A stretch of DNA of 63,524 nucleotides, the filler included, from Octopus bimaculoides (taxonomy: Eukaryota): the NCBI RefSeq assembly GCF_001194135.2. It is 5 parts of 4 records of this genome, joined end to end, with 100 filler letters (N's around TTAATTAATTAA, not from the genome) between each part and the next. Parts side by side here need not be neighbours in the genome. Positions count along the whole stretch, not along the records: positions 25,799 to 51,576 come from NC_068983.1; positions 51,677 to 56,487 come from NC_068986.1; positions 56,588 to 61,646 come from NC_068991.1; 2 more parts are not named here. The stretch is one strand, 5' to 3'. Under the pieces are notes generated by a model. That model did no database searches. It was given only the letters and a program-made list of their open reading frames with translations, and was not told the DNA's origin. How positions within the stretch are numbered: position 1 is the stretch's first letter; each line of letters opens with the position of its first letter. Shown here in pieces: positions 47,194-61,367 of the stretch. A program made the position numbers and the translations under genes.

Positions 47194-50114
47194 TACATAC
47201 GTGCATACATATGTACGTATTAGTTTTTTTCTCCACTTATGCAGGCATGCAATGCAAAACTAATATACAATAAAAAAAATGTCAATAAGATATCAGATTT
47301 TAATCTAAATCTCATAAATATCATTTAAATCTTTATGAAAGACAACTAAAAAGGGGCTACTTGCATCTTACACGCTCTATGTGAATCATTTAAATTACAT
47401 TGTTTTATAATTATAATTGTTTTAAGTAAGAGGAGTTACTCCAGAAATATAAACTTACACACATTCATATATAAACCTTCAGTCATATGTATGTATGTAT
47501 GTATGTATGTATGTGTCTGTGTTTGTATATATATAGTCTATAAACAATGCACTATATATGTATGTGAACATTATATATGTATACTCATATATATGTGTAT
47601 ACACACACTCACGTATAAATTCATAGACGTGTACATATATTAATATTGATATATATATGTGTGCATATGCGTGAGTGCTTGTGAGTGTGTGTGTATGTGT
47701 GTGTAGTTGCGTGATTGTGGATTCAAAAGTCGAGTCTGCTGGTGTCGCTTGCAGGAATTTTCCGTTCACGGTCTTCTGGTAACAGAAGATTGTGAAGGGG
47801 AAACTTCCACTTCTACTCACACAAATTCAGCTTTGAATAATACCAACCTCCCTCTTTCGCTTCCTCAATTATTCAAATCGTATATTGATTGCTGAAATAA
47901 GCCGGTATATGATTGCCCTCATCTGCGGAACCTATGACTTTCCTCCGCAAAACATTATAGGACAATGCTCAATCTGTCTACAACAAGCTCAATCTATCGT
48001 TTATCATTCTTGATCATGTTTACTTATATTAGGCATTATAAATGCATGCAAATATAATGGCTTGCGTGTATGATGATGGAGCCCTGTAAGACATATCACC
48101 ATGTATGTCTGCATATATATATATATATATATATATANNNNNNNNNNNNNNNNNNNNNNNNNNNNNNNNNNNNNNNNNNNNNNNNNNNNNNNNNNNNNNN
48201 NNNNNNNNNNNNNNNNNNNNNNNNNNNNNNNNNNNNNNNNNNNNNNNNNNNNNNNNNNNNNNNNNNNNNNNNNNNNNNNNNNNNNNNNNNNNNNNNNNNN
48301 NNNNNNNNNNNNNNNNNNNNNNNNNNNNNNNNNNNNNNNNNNNNNNNNNNNNNNNNNNNNNNNNNNNNNNNNNNNNNNNNNNNNNNNNNNNNNNNNNNNN
48401 NNNNNNNNNNNNNNNNNNNNNNNNNNNNNNNNNNNNNNNNNNNNNNNNNNNNNNNNNNNNNNNNNNNNNNNNNNNNNNNNNNNNNNNNNNNNNNNNNNNN
48501 NNNNNNNNNNNNNNNNNNNNNNNNNNNNNNNNNNNNNNNNNNNNNNNNNNNNNNNNNNNNNNNNNNNNNNNNNNNNNNNNNNNNNNNNNNNNNNNNNNNN
48601 NNNNNNNNNNNNNNNNNNNNNNNNNNNNNNNNNNNNNNNNNNNNNNNNNNNNNNNNNNNNNNNNNNNNNNNNNNNNNNNNNNNNNNNNNNNNNNNNNNNN
48701 NNNNNNNNNNNNNNNNNNNNNNNNNNNNNNNNNNNNNNNNNNNNNNNNNNNNNNNNNNNNNNNNNNNNNNNNNNNNNNNNNNNNNNNNNNNNNNNNNNNN
48801 NNNNNNNNNNNNNNNNNNNNNNNNNNNNNNNNNNNNNNNNNNNNNNNNNNNNNNNNNNNNNNNNNNNNNNNNNNNNNNNNNNNNNNNNNNNNNNNNNNNN
48901 NNNNNNNNNNNNNNNNNNNNNNNNNNNNNNNNNNNNNNNNNNNNNNNNNNNNNNNNNNNNNNNNNNNNNNNATATATATATATATATAGATTCAAGGTGA
49001 ATATGGTGCTTAAGTTTAGGCACCAGAATTAAGTATGGTATTATCCACACAATTTCAAAATAAGGTGATTAAAATCAAATTAAGCAACAAGGATATCCAA
49101 AGTTTATGCAGTACGATCGTCTCATGCGACTCCATTTATTTAAGCAATGTGAACATTACATCAAATGTAAAATGCAGAGCAATATAAAAATTTACTGAAA
49201 TTACATTTCAACAGAAGGACATATTTCTATAACTACATTTAAACTCTCCAAGTAGAAAAGAAGAATACAAAAAAACATTTTGACTTAGTCAGACCATACA
49301 GGCTAGTAAATAATTCTAAACATATTTTTAACTGATTTTATTTATTTTTTTTTGTTTCTGATTCATGGATCATCCTAGTGATTCAAAGCTTAAGAGGGCA
49401 CCAGCGTTTTCGTACTAATGTCAATTTTTTCCGTCAGGGGTTTGTATGCCTTAATATTAGGTGTAATATTGTTAATATACGGTGAAAATTTATAATTATA
49501 TTTACAAAGCTTTCACTCGTCACTGTTTCTTGTCTTATGCAGATTACGTACACACATACGCGCACACACACTTATTCACATACATGCAAACATACATATA
49601 TACATACATACATACATGCATACATACATACATACATACGCACGTACATACATACATGTATACATATATGTGTGTTCGTGTCCGTGTTACATTAATTTAG
49701 TCCTGTATCTCTGGGGAAATTCGCCAGGAATACCACAGAACTATTCCTGTAGATGCCAGTTATTAAATACATTAACATATCCTCTGCTACGTGTATCGAG
49801 TGCCTTATTCAAATTGTGGTTTGTTTCGTGTCTCAAATAACCACAACAAAATACAGTTATCTGTCTGTTATATTTATTTTTACATACATCTTACACTGAG
49901 TGATACCCGTTTTATTAGTGGATTGGCGATTATAATGTACTTTGAAAGTATTGCATCTTCAGCTGTTGCCCAGCAAGCAATGGTGCTACTATTGCATTTT
50001 GGTTTCTCTCGGTCGACACTCAGCCCTCTCCTTACGTCATCATTGCAGACACCATACCAAACGAATGTAACTGTAACCACACAATCAGGCTGTAGCTATT
50101 TTGTTTACGACATT

Positions 50115-50310
50115 CTGAGATCTGGGCATCAACATGTGTAGTGATGCATCATTTCACATGCACATTGTCAAGTCGACAGCAAAGTGCAGACAACTGGCAG
50201 GGTGGATACTGAGGACTTTCCGTACAAGGGATCAAGAAGTCATGTTGATTCTATGGAAGACATTTGTTCTGAGCCGCCTAGACTATTGCTCTCAGTTGTG
50301 GTCACCACAC
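50115..50310 (+). mobile_element. CR1 LINE RT C-terminal fragment
   Basis: SDASFHMHI..KCRQLAGWILRTFRTRDQEVMLILWKTFVLSRLDYCSQLWSPH. Confidence 0.9.
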
Positions 50311-51274
50311 AGTGCATCTACTGTGCATCTACTGGTAAAGGTGTTTGCAGGCGGCGAGCATGAAAAATTTCATCTTACCTGTAGGAAGAACATTAGATAA
50401 ATGCACAACCCAGATGTGGATAATCTAGGACCTAGGTTTTGAAATTTCCAAAATACGTTTGTTAACGTAAATTTGATTATTTATCATCAGCGAGATTTNN
50501 NNNNNNNNNNNNNNNNNNNNNNNNNNNNNNNNNNNNNNNNNNNNNNNNNNNNNNNNNNNNNNNNNNNNNNNNNNNNNNNNNNNNNNNNNNNNNNNNNNNN
50601 NNNNNNNNNNNNNNNNNNNNNNNNNNNNNNNNNNNNNNNNNNNNNNNNNNNNNNNNNNNTACCAATTCTTATATAAATGAGTGTTTGACACTCGAAACTT
50701 CAACAAAGGAAGAAACGAACAAATTTTACACACTTCAGAAGGATTAACGTGACAAGGACAGTATATATTATTATTTTTAATTTTTAGTATTCTTAATTTT
50801 TTATATTTCTAATATTTTAATATTATATAGGTATATAAAGGGTTCTTAATGCATCTCTGAAGAACGAATTACTAATAATAAGATGATCTTTAGATTACTT
50901 TGTGACTGTAGTAATATCCGCGAAACGATCGTAAGATATTTTATTCTTTAAACTTTAGGTTTCTTTATCTTTTATATTTTACAATTTATAATATTCATGC
51001 TTATTTATACATAAATTTTTATACATAAATTCTTATACGCATATATATTTAAACATATATATATCTATTTTTAGATTTTTATATGTATTCATATTTATAT
51101 TCCGTATATTTATGTTTTAAACTTTTAAATTTATTATGTTACCATGTTATGTTGGATGTATATCTTTCAAAATATTAAATATTGTTTTCCTGAATATATT
51201 ATTGATGAGTTCTACGAATTTGTTAATGATATAAAAACACATATATACATATTTATATATATATATATATGTAT

Positions 51275-51306
<32 letters not shown>

Positions 51307-51543
51307 TTAAATATAAACATATATATATATATATACATATATATGTATATATATATAAATATATATATATACAAATATATACACACATATATATATATAA
51401 ATATATATATATATATGTATGAGTATATACGTACATATATATACATATATGTAAATATATATATATATACATATATATTTAAATATATACATATATATGT
51501 AGGCATGAAAATATGTATATACATATATTTATATAAATAAAAG

Positions 51544-51576
<33 letters not shown>

Positions 51577-52949
51577 NNNNNNNNNNNNNNNNNNNNNNNN
51601 NNNNNNNNNNNNNNNNNNNNTTAATTAATTAANNNNNNNNNNNNNNNNNNNNNNNNNNNNNNNNNNNNNNNNNNNNCCGTCTTCTGCTGCTACTTGCTTA
51701 TATTTATTATTAATCCTTTCAATCGACGCCATATTGTTTGGTTGAAAGGTGAGGCCGCAAGCCGGGAGAAGTGGGTGTTGTTATTGAAAGAGGGATAACA
51801 TGAAAAGTGGGAGTCAATAAGACCTTAATGGACAAATTTCGTCTTCGTTTTAAATTTTGTTTTATTATTTCTTTCATTTTTTTTCTCTCCATTCTTTTTT
51901 TTTCTTTTTCTTTTTTTTTCTCTTGTTTCGTCTCTTTCATTCCTTTCTCTTTCGTTTCTATTTAAGAGTTTCTGCTATTTCCGTTATTTACATTCTACAA
52001 TCTTTGTTCTTTGACTCAAAGCCAATGCTTTGGACGTGTTTGAAGACACGTCTTCAGCTGTTAACATCTTGCTCTCACCCTCCCAACCTCTCTCCTCTTT
52101 CTCTTTCTCTTTCTTTTTTCTGTCTCTTTCTCCCTCCCTTCCTTTCTGTCTACTATCTCCTAACCACACTTACACCATCACACAGAGATTTCCCGACATT
52201 GCATGATGGTGTGGTACTCCTCGTCTGGTTGTTAAGGAGGAACCACGCCACAGGGCGGTATCGGTGTATTAATATACATCATAATAAAGTGCATTGCCAC
52301 AGTAATGCACTTTATATAGTACTAATTTTTTTAAGGATATAAGAAAATTTCCCACAGATAAATTCTATTAAATAAGTTGTAGTTAAATGTGAACGGTCAT
52401 AATTAATATAGAAAGTCGAAAAAATATTTAACCGAAAATAAAATCATTAGCATTAATGACAATTGTGGTAAAGAGGGACATGGGAGGTAATTCCTAAATT
52501 AAAATTGATTAAAAATGAGATGAATCATACACTAGTTAGTGAGTCTGATTCTTTGATCGCTACAGAGATAACAACAGACACCTAATTAGACCCACTCTGT
52601 GGAGCATAGTTAAACCCATAACTACCAGAGTTTTGAATGAATTTGAGAAGATAAATATTATTTAATTGATGGGACAACTGAAAATAATGGCAACAAAAAC
52701 AAAGAAGGTGGAACAAAGAAGCTAAGAAGATCATGATCCTGTTAGTGATTATTAGTGTCTTGAGAACAGTGACAAATGAATTTGAGGACAAACCTTGGAA
52801 AATTTGATCTTAACTTGGAAGTAAATGCAGAGAAGACATGTTGAGCACAATTCCATGAACTGAGGGCTTACGTTTAAGAGACCCTTCCCTGAAAGACCGA
52901 CTTAAACTAAAATACGTTATCAGTAATGTAAAAATAACTAATCACAATA

Positions 52950-53190
52950 TAATCCTTTCTGCTAAAGGGACAAGGCCTAAAATTTGGAGGGAAGTGACTA
53001 GTCAATGACATTGAACCCAGTGTTTCAATGATACTTATTTTATTGATGAAAGGATGAAAGGATGAAAGGATGAAAGGATGAAAGGCAAAGGTGACCTCAG
53101 TAGAATTTTAACTCAGAATGTGAAGACAGACGAAAAGCTGCTAAGCATTTTGCCCAGCGTGCTAACGATTCTGCTAGCTCGCTGCCTTAA
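52950..53190 (-). mobile_element. SINE family A with an internal (TGAAAGGA)n expansion
   Basis: Family core present; gatgaaag unit repeated four times at ~53046-53085. Confidence 0.85.
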
Positions 53191-53399
53191 CAAATTACAA
53201 TATAATGATATATAGTTTTATTACCCAGTTAAGCAAAATTCTTATACGCTTACATAGGACAATTAAATATGCAGGATTATATAAACAAGGTATCGTTATA
53301 AAAGACAAAAGCTCCCGACAAAGAAAACAGAGTCTGCCAAAAATATGTATATACACTTCGGATAAAGAAATTCGTGTAGAAATATTTGAATACAAAATT

Positions 53400-54008
53400 T
53401 ATTCAGACATCATGGGATTAATACAAGTTACCTTTAACCATTTCCCCCCCACCTTTTTAGGCATGTGGACAAAGCAGTCAATTTACCAGAGGTCAATGTT
53501 TGGTGAGGAGTGTTATTAAGAGGTTTAATGGGACCAATTTTCTCTGGAGGTACTATTACTGGTCAAACGTACCTAGACATGCTGCGCACGTCCATTTTAC
53601 CTGCCACCCATGCACTTTATGGAAATGATGAATTTTTTTTTTCAACAAAAAGGTATACCGCCATACTACTGCCGAGACGTGTAAACTTACTTGGATGAGA
53701 ATTTGCAAAGATACTGGATAGGACGAAGAAGTGCAATTGAATTCTCTGTATGTTCTCCTAAATTAACCAGCAAATTTTGCTTATGGGTACCCTAAACGTT
53801 GTCGTGTATCACAGAAGACCAGCTAAACGACAACCCTTCGAGAAGAAACTGAAACATGTGTAGCAATTCCACTGGACACTTTGATCAAAGTTCCCAAGCT
53901 GCAGTTAGCCTTAATAATGTGTCTAGAAACTAATGACCACCACTCAGAGCACCTCTTGTAATTGTAGAGGTCGAAGGTAACTTGTATTAATCCCGTGATA
54001 TCTGAATA
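53400..54008 (+). mobile_element. Internally deleted Tc1/mariner-superfamily transposon with ~36-bp TIRs
   Basis: tattcagacatcatgggattaatacaagttacctt at 53400 is inverted as aaggtaacttgtattaatcccgtgatatctgaata ending at 54008. Transposase remnant GLMGPIFSGGTITGQTYLDMLRTSILP..LYGNDEFFF. Confidence 0.9.
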
Positions 54009-54509
54009 TTGTATTAAAACGTTTCTACACGTTTTTCTATTCTTGAAGTGTGTATGCATTTTTGTTTTGCCGTACTCAGTATATAACAAGAAAATAAATT
54101 AGAGTATAGTGAGGTATTCTGCGCAACTTTTTGCTTGTCCCATGTATCACTTGACATTTAGGACAAAGTTATGAAAACGCTTTGGACAGGCAAAGGGTTT
54201 TAATAACCCAGAAAATAGCATATAACCATTCTAAAGAAAATAACAAAACGATATACGGTATGATCATTAAATACATCACAAACAAGGAATAAACAGCTGC
54301 ATGGTCGCGAATTCTTAAAGCAGAATGTTCTCTCAAATTCTAAGTTAAAAAGGCATAGTATTGAGAAGAAATGTTTTCTTAATGATTACTTTTGACAACA
54401 ATCTGCAAAATTTTTATAGAATTGTATACGTTATAACATTGTAGAGGTCTATAAAACATGCTGAAGAAGCATAAGAACCATTTTATTAATCCTTATTTCT
54501 AAATGAAGA

Positions 54510-54780
54510 TAAACTAGTCGATTACATCGATCCCAGAGTTTGACTGGTACTTATTTTATCGACTCCGAAAAGATGAAAGACAAATTCGACCACGGCCGAA
54601 TTTGAACTCAGAACGTAAGGACGGACGAAATGTCGCTAAGCATTTTGCCTTGTGTACTAACGTTTCTTATTTCTTTATTGCCCACAAGGGGCTAAACATA
54701 GAGGGGACAAACAAGAACAGACAGAGGGATTAAGTCAATTACATCGACCCAGTGCGTAACTGGTACTTAATTTATCATCC
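54510..54780 (-). mobile_element. SINE family A, two adjacent partial copies
   Basis: Family core at ~54515-54665; the tail cttatttctttattgcccacaagggg follows from ~54666. Confidence 0.8.
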
Positions 54781-55003
54781 CATTTTTGGTGGGACTGACC
54801 ACCCTGCTTTTAACTTTGTCGCAGTTCCTATCCACCTGAGATCCGAGCCAAAGTAGTTCTTAATCAACTTAATATGAAATTTTTGAAATGAACTATTAGC
54901 TGGATGTAGTTAGTGCTTGAACCCAAACTTTCCGTTTAACACTGAGTGATTCATGTATGTATGTGTACATATATGTGTGTGTGTATGTATGTGTATGCAG
55001 GTA

Positions 55004-55057
<54 letters not shown>

Positions 55058-55305
55058 TGTGCATATATATATATATATGTTTATCTGCATATGTAATGTT
55101 TGTCTATGTGTTGATGCGAATACATATATCTATGTATGTGTATTAACCTGTTTTATTACAGATCTATGTGTGTTTGCGCGCGCGCGTGTGTGTATCAATT
55201 TAGAATGATGCGCAAGCTCGCGAAAACAATACGTACGCATATATATACTATATAAATACACACACACATACACACACACACATATATATATAAATNNNNN
55301 NNNNN

Positions 55306-55357
<52 letters not shown>

Positions 55358-55718
55358 CACACATACATATGTATGTATGTATGTATGTATGTACGTACGT
55401 AGACAAAATACATTCATACATTCACTCAGATATATATGTATATACGAGTGTCTGAGTGTATGTATGTGTGCGCGTAATTACATATTCTGGAATATGTAGA
55501 TATTAAAAGGGAAGAAGAGAAAGTGATGAGAAAAAAATAAAAGAGAAAGGAGAGGTGAAACTGGGATGGGGGGGTTGAGTTGTTGCAATATCCAATGTGA
55601 TGATGTTTACTCGAAGGAATTCTTAGGTTGGCTCGAAACTGCGGTATTCCCAGACACCTAAATGAGTGAACTAGAGAGAGAGACAGAGAGAGTAGGGAAG
55701 AGATAGATAGAGGAAGAG

Positions 55719-55821
<103 letters not shown>

Positions 55822-56436
55822 AGTCGACAGTGAAAGGGTAATGGAACAAACATTGACGTCACAAAGAACTGTTCAAAAGTGTCAAAGTTAGTCAACACGT
55901 CTTTGATGTCGTCTGCCAACATCGAACCGTTACTAACGCCCTCTACACTAAGCAGTCCATTATCGCTTCAACGTCCTGCCATCTTCCTTCACACACTTTT
56001 CACTTCTTTCTTCTACTCACCAGTTGTAATTGCGATTTTTTTCTTGTTTTGTTGTTGTTGTTTTTGTTTCTTTTGTTGTTGTTGTTTTTAGCAACACCAT
56101 TAAATGTATTTGTTTTTAAATGTTGTTGCTGTTGTTTACAATTTGCATTCGATATTCGTTTGCAGATGAGAACGCGCCGTGTTTGAGAACGATTGTGTCT
56201 CTGTATTCCACCGTTTCCATTTGATCGAATAATCGATCTCACCACTGGTTCAGCAACCTGACATTTTTAGACATTTCTCAACTGGTAGCAAAACGATGCA
56301 CACGCTCTCTCGCGCGCACACACACATACACACAACACCACCACTACCATCACTCACACACTGCGTGACACACGAGAACACATGCACTACAAAATAAATA
56401 TAGAAAACTAAATATTGCATATCCAAGATATATATA

Positions 56437-56487
<51 letters not shown>

Positions 56488-56587
56488 NNNNNNNNNNNNN
56501 NNNNNNNNNNNNNNNNNNNNNNNNNNNNNNNTTAATTAATTAANNNNNNNNNNNNNNNNNNNNNNNNNNNNNNNNNNNNNNNNNNNN

Positions 56588-56662
<75 letters not shown>

Positions 56663-56668
56663 ATGTAT

Positions 56669-56833
56669 ACACGACAGGCTTCTTTCAGTATACGTCTATC
56701 AAATCCATTCAGAAGGTTTTGGTCAACCGGAGGCTATAATAGAAGACACTTGATCAAGGTTCCACGCAGTAGGACTGAACCCGGAAACATGTGATTAGGA
56801 AGCAAGCTTCTTACCGCACAGCCACGTTTGCAC
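56669..56833 (-). mobile_element. SINE family B, partial
   Basis: Homologous to 24047-24422. Confidence 0.85.
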
Positions 56834-56949
56834 CTAAAAAAAAAGAAAGAAAAAGAAGAAATAAAAAATTGAACCAGTGGAAAGAAAGGTGCCTCAGATT
56901 GAAGTAGGGCACCAAAATCATATGTTGCTAGTGGGGAAAATATCACACG

Positions 56950-58250
56950 GGCGACGTCATATTCTCAACAGAGGGTGAGGCCAGGAAACAAAAGCAACAC
57001 CAAAGAGTGACGAACTCGTCCTCATAAGAACCTACCTTGGCTGGAAGGTAGTAAGGATAACAATTGTCGATGTGCACCCAGAAGTAAACATCTGCTGGTT
57101 GGCGAAACTTTATTTAACATATTATTAAAATGAATATTCTGCTGGTCTAGAGGTTGCAGAAACAAAATTAGGCGAACCAAATCGATCAACAAAGTATTGA
57201 ACCCATACTTTGAGGCACAAAACTGTACGTGATGTTTGAGGGCAGAAAGCCAAGGTGTGCCTTGGGATGTGACACAAATCTGAAAGCTTTCTGTCTGCAG
57301 CAAAAGCACCAACGGCAGTATACAGCAACAGCAACAATGATGACAACTGTAACATTAAAACCAATAGCTGCGAAAGCTGTTGTAAGAGCAGCAGCAACAA
57401 CAGTAACAAGAATAACGGCGACAGAAATTACATCAACAGTGGAAACAACATAAACAAATCCAACAAAAGAAACAAACATTCCCAACAACAACCGCAACTG
57501 AAAGCCCTCAAATAACAATAAAACAAAATGACAATGACCCACGCCAAGACATTCCTCACCTCGTTTGGGACTATTCAGATATGTAGTATGGTGAAGGTGA
57601 CGGAGAAGAAAGCCAATGTAAACAAGTAACAAACAAGAAAAAAGAAAAAGAGAAACAAATCGTGTCAATAAAAATGCCGGGAGGATCAAACGTACAGAAG
57701 AAGCACCACCCAACAACGATTCGCTGATACCATCTCAAACGACAATACCAACACAACCTTCATTCCCTCCTCCTGTTCCTCCTGCTCCTTCTGCTCCTAC
57801 TCCTCCTGCTCCTGCTCCTGCTCCTGCTCCTCCTCCTCCTCATCATCACCATTAGAACCGCCACCGCCAGACACGACCATCACCACATACATCAGTAAGT
57901 TCAATTATACACCCAAACAAAGGTGAACGACTAAGAAACATTATAAATTACACGGCCATAAATACAAACAACATAGAAGTTACGGCGCACATGCAGCAAC
58001 ACAAGATATTACTCAGAATGATTTCGTGGCACAAACAAATAACACATCAACACTCATAAAAAGTCATCCAAACAACTCGAAACATAAAAAGCCATAAAAA
58101 ACCAGATATCTCAACAGAGTAAGAGACTTTGCAGTGAGTAACGATAAAAGTTTTTACAAAGAACTGCTTGTGGGACACCCTCAGATATCCGAAGGGCCGG
58201 CTGTGTCCCTCCATATAGTAGGGTAAATGGTCTTTTCTCACCTGCTTCCT
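56950..58250 (+). mobile_element. Possible decayed LINE ORF1 (L1/Tx1-like) with knuckle remnant and low-complexity linker
   Basis: VMFEGRKPRCALGCDTNLKAFC resembles an ORF1 G-R-x-P-x-C knuckle; (AAC)-rich and (CCTGCT)n linkers follow. Confidence 0.35.
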
Positions 58251-58399
58251 TCTATCGAACTGCTGCTGCTTCTGTTGATGTTGTTCTTCTTGCCTGTGAT
58301 TTGTCTCCCGACTATATCAATTAGTGTTGAGAAAAGAATGTTAACAACCATTATCTAGAGTAGATGTAGCCTCCTATGTCTATAATAGTGTGGAAATCT

Positions 58400-59220
58400 T
58401 ATTAAGAGGTGTTAGAGTAACAGGAGATAGGGAAACCGGAAAGCTGAATGAGGTTAAAAACCAGAGAAAAGAGGAAAGATTATTTGACTGGCAAGAGAAG
58501 GCTTTGCGTAGTAGATTTCCAAAGATAGTAGCAGAAAGTCGTAACAGTGAAGTATGGCTGTGGTAGCAGAAAGGAAGGCTGAATATGGGGACAGTTTATT
58601 AGTAGCAGCACAAGATCAAACATTGAGGACGAACTGGATACAAGCCAAGACAGACAAAAATCGGGTAGATTCCCAATGAAGGTTATGTAAATCAAATGAG
58701 GAAAGTGTTACTCATGTAGTTAATGAATGCTGTATGCTGACACAGAAAGAATACAAGAAAAGACATGACAAACCCGAGAGTATAATCTAGCGGGAGTTGT
58801 GTAGAAAGCTAGTATTTGAGCATAGTGAAGTGCTAGAAAGTAAGAAATATCAGATGTGAGATTTTAACATTCAGACTGACAGAAGTTAGAAGGTGCAGTA
58901 ATAGAAAAGAGAATAGAAAGAGCCAGGTAATTGGCTTTACAGTTCCAAATGGTAAGAAAACCAATATGATCGGTATAGAGAAAATAGCAAAGTACCAGGA
59001 TCTAGCCTGTAGAAAGTGCCGGTACAATGTATCCCAGGACCTAGCCTAAAGAAAGTACCGGTAAAATGTTTCCCTGTAGTTATAGGTGCATAAGGAACTA
59101 CCCTTAAAGATTTGAACAGATGGAGAGAGAATATAGGCATAAAATCTAGTTTAGTGTAACTCCAGAAAACAGTTTTATTAGAAACAACTAGGATACTTAG
59201 GACGGTTCTTTGCATTTAAG
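58400..59220 (+). mobile_element. R4/Dong-like LINE, zinc knuckle to 3-prime end
   Basis: VTHVVNECCMLTQKEYKKRHD, EKIAKYQDLA, FPVVIGA and LQKTVLLETTRILRTVL. Confidence 0.85.
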
Positions 59221-59291
59221 GTTACCGATATTATCAACTTCTTTTTCAGCAGTCTAATCTGTTATGCGTCTATGGAATGATATTAATAATA

Positions 59292-59730
59292 ATAATCCTT
59301 TCTACTATAGGCATAATTATTTTCTTTTTCTTTGGTAGGGGAGCGGTATCTAGTCGATTACATCGGCCACTATGTTCAAATGCACTTTATTTTATCATCC
59401 CCGAAAGGATGAAAAACAAAGTTGACCAGTGAAATTTGAACTCAAAACATAAGGAGCAGGAAGAAACACCAGAAAGCAATTTTTCCGACGCTTTAACGAT
59501 TATGTCAAGTTCACCTCTTTACCTTCAAATTTTGACACAAGAATAGCAGTATGTATGGCGAGGGGCAGTTCAATACACTCGATCCCAGTGCTTCAATGTT
59601 ACTTTATTTTATCGATCTCAAATGATGAAAGGCAAGTTGACTCTGGTCAGAATAGAACTCAGAACATAAACAACCAAAAAAATTCCGCAAATAATTTTTT
59701 CCGATGTTCTAATTATTCTGCTAATTCACT
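59292..59730 (-). mobile_element. Two diverged SINE family A copies
   Basis: ccccgaaaggatgaaa / gaaatttgaactca cores at ~59400-59450 and ~59600-59660. Confidence 0.75.
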
Positions 59731-60366
59731 GCACAAATAATTAAAATAAAAATGAAATGAAAATGGTTGACTGATAGCCACGGTATCAGCAGGATGTCTC
59801 ACGCCATATTTTGTGGTTATTATTCCATACATATTTTAATGCGTTACGTGGTATGTTTGTGGTCTATTCTTCTCCAGCACCGACTACTTGTTAACTCGCT
59901 GTGCAGTCTGAATAAATATGTGGCTTAGATGAACTTAGAGACTGTACTGGCTCGATTACATATGCGTAATTCTATATTTATTATATGTATGTGTTGTGTG
60001 CATATATATATGTATATGTGTATATACATACATACATAATATATACATATACATGTATACATACTTACATATATACATATGTGTGTGTGCGTATACATAT
60101 ACTTACATAATCTGAACGTGCGAATGCGTGTGTGTGTGTATGTGATAGACTTTTATAATATATGTTACACTTCATATCGTACTTCAAATAAATTATATCG
60201 TAGTAAAGGTCAACAACACAGAATCAGAGTAAATTTATATACAGCTGATGTGTGTGTCTTTACATGTGTGTCTCCTATGCGTAAGTGTATATCATGCCAA
60301 AGTATATACAAATGGCGTCACAGGTTCTCTTAAAATTTGTCTGCTTAAGTTAAATTATTATTTTTG

Positions 60367-60500
60367 TTGCGAGCTGGTAAAATCGTTAGGTCAGCTTTGA
60401 AATTCATCCTTTCGAGGTCGATGATACAAGTACCAGTTGAGCACTGGGGTCGATGTAATCAACTTACGCATTCCACCCGAAATAGTGGGCCTTCCGCCAT
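60367..60500 (+). mobile_element. SINE family A with internal deletion
   Basis: gcgagctggtaaaatcgttag head joined directly to ttcatcctttcgaggtcgat...aagtaccagttgagcactggggtcgat. Confidence 0.75.
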
Positions 60501-60589
60501 TAATATTATTTCGGTTTGGCTCAGGTTCGGTCTTATTCCTGGTAGGAATTATGTTGGTAGCGGGTTACTACCTGTAACCTTACACATCC

Positions 60590-61295
60590 ACAAGTTTTCA
60601 GCAGCCTTTCAAGTGCTTATAACCTTTCTGATAATCCTAGCTGTCCCTAAGAGACAAACTTTCTGTAGGAGCTCTACTGGGCATTCTATTTGAATCTCCT
60701 TCAGCTATTTGTCTATAGCTTAGCCTACAGCTTCCAGCGCATCAATTATTAGGCACAACCTTTACTATTTGCATGCTCCAAATTCTTCCTATTTCAAATT
60801 TTATGGGATTGTATTTTTTTTCATCCTCTTTTTTTATGATCCTGGAATCAAACGGGCATGATGGGTCAATTAGTAAGCAACTTCGTTTTTCCATATCTAC
60901 AATTGTTATGTCTGGTCGATTATTTTCTAACTTCTTGTCCGTTTGAATAGGAAAGCCCCACAAAATCTTACATTTCTCCGATTCCAGTACTCATTCAACT
61001 CGATGATTGTACCACTTGTTTCTAGCTTCAAATCGCCGTTTCTGGCACAGTTTCCAGTGTAAAACTTTTACAACCTGACCGTGCCTCCACTTCTTATATT
61101 CTTCCTGTGACAAGTTGGGGCACTCTGTCATATTATGTGTTACTGTCTCGTTCCAAGGTTCACAGGCTCTACTTTTTTCTGACACATTCTCTCCATATGT
61201 ATTTTTTCTGAAGTTCTTTGTTTTTATCGCTTGATCTTGGCTGCTGCTATTAGGCTCTCTGTTTCATTTTTTAAAATTGCCCCTTTTTTAAAACC
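60590..61295 (-). mobile_element. R4/Dong-like LINE C-terminus (zinc knuckle and restriction-like endonuclease)
   Basis: VTHNMTECPNLSQEEYKKWRHGQV, NNRPDITIVD..LIDPSCPFD (PD..D motif) and LLQKVCLLGTARIIRKVIS; (TTA)n at 61305-61365. Confidence 0.9.
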
Positions 61296-61304
61296 AAACC
61301 GAGG

Positions 61305-61367
<63 letters not shown>

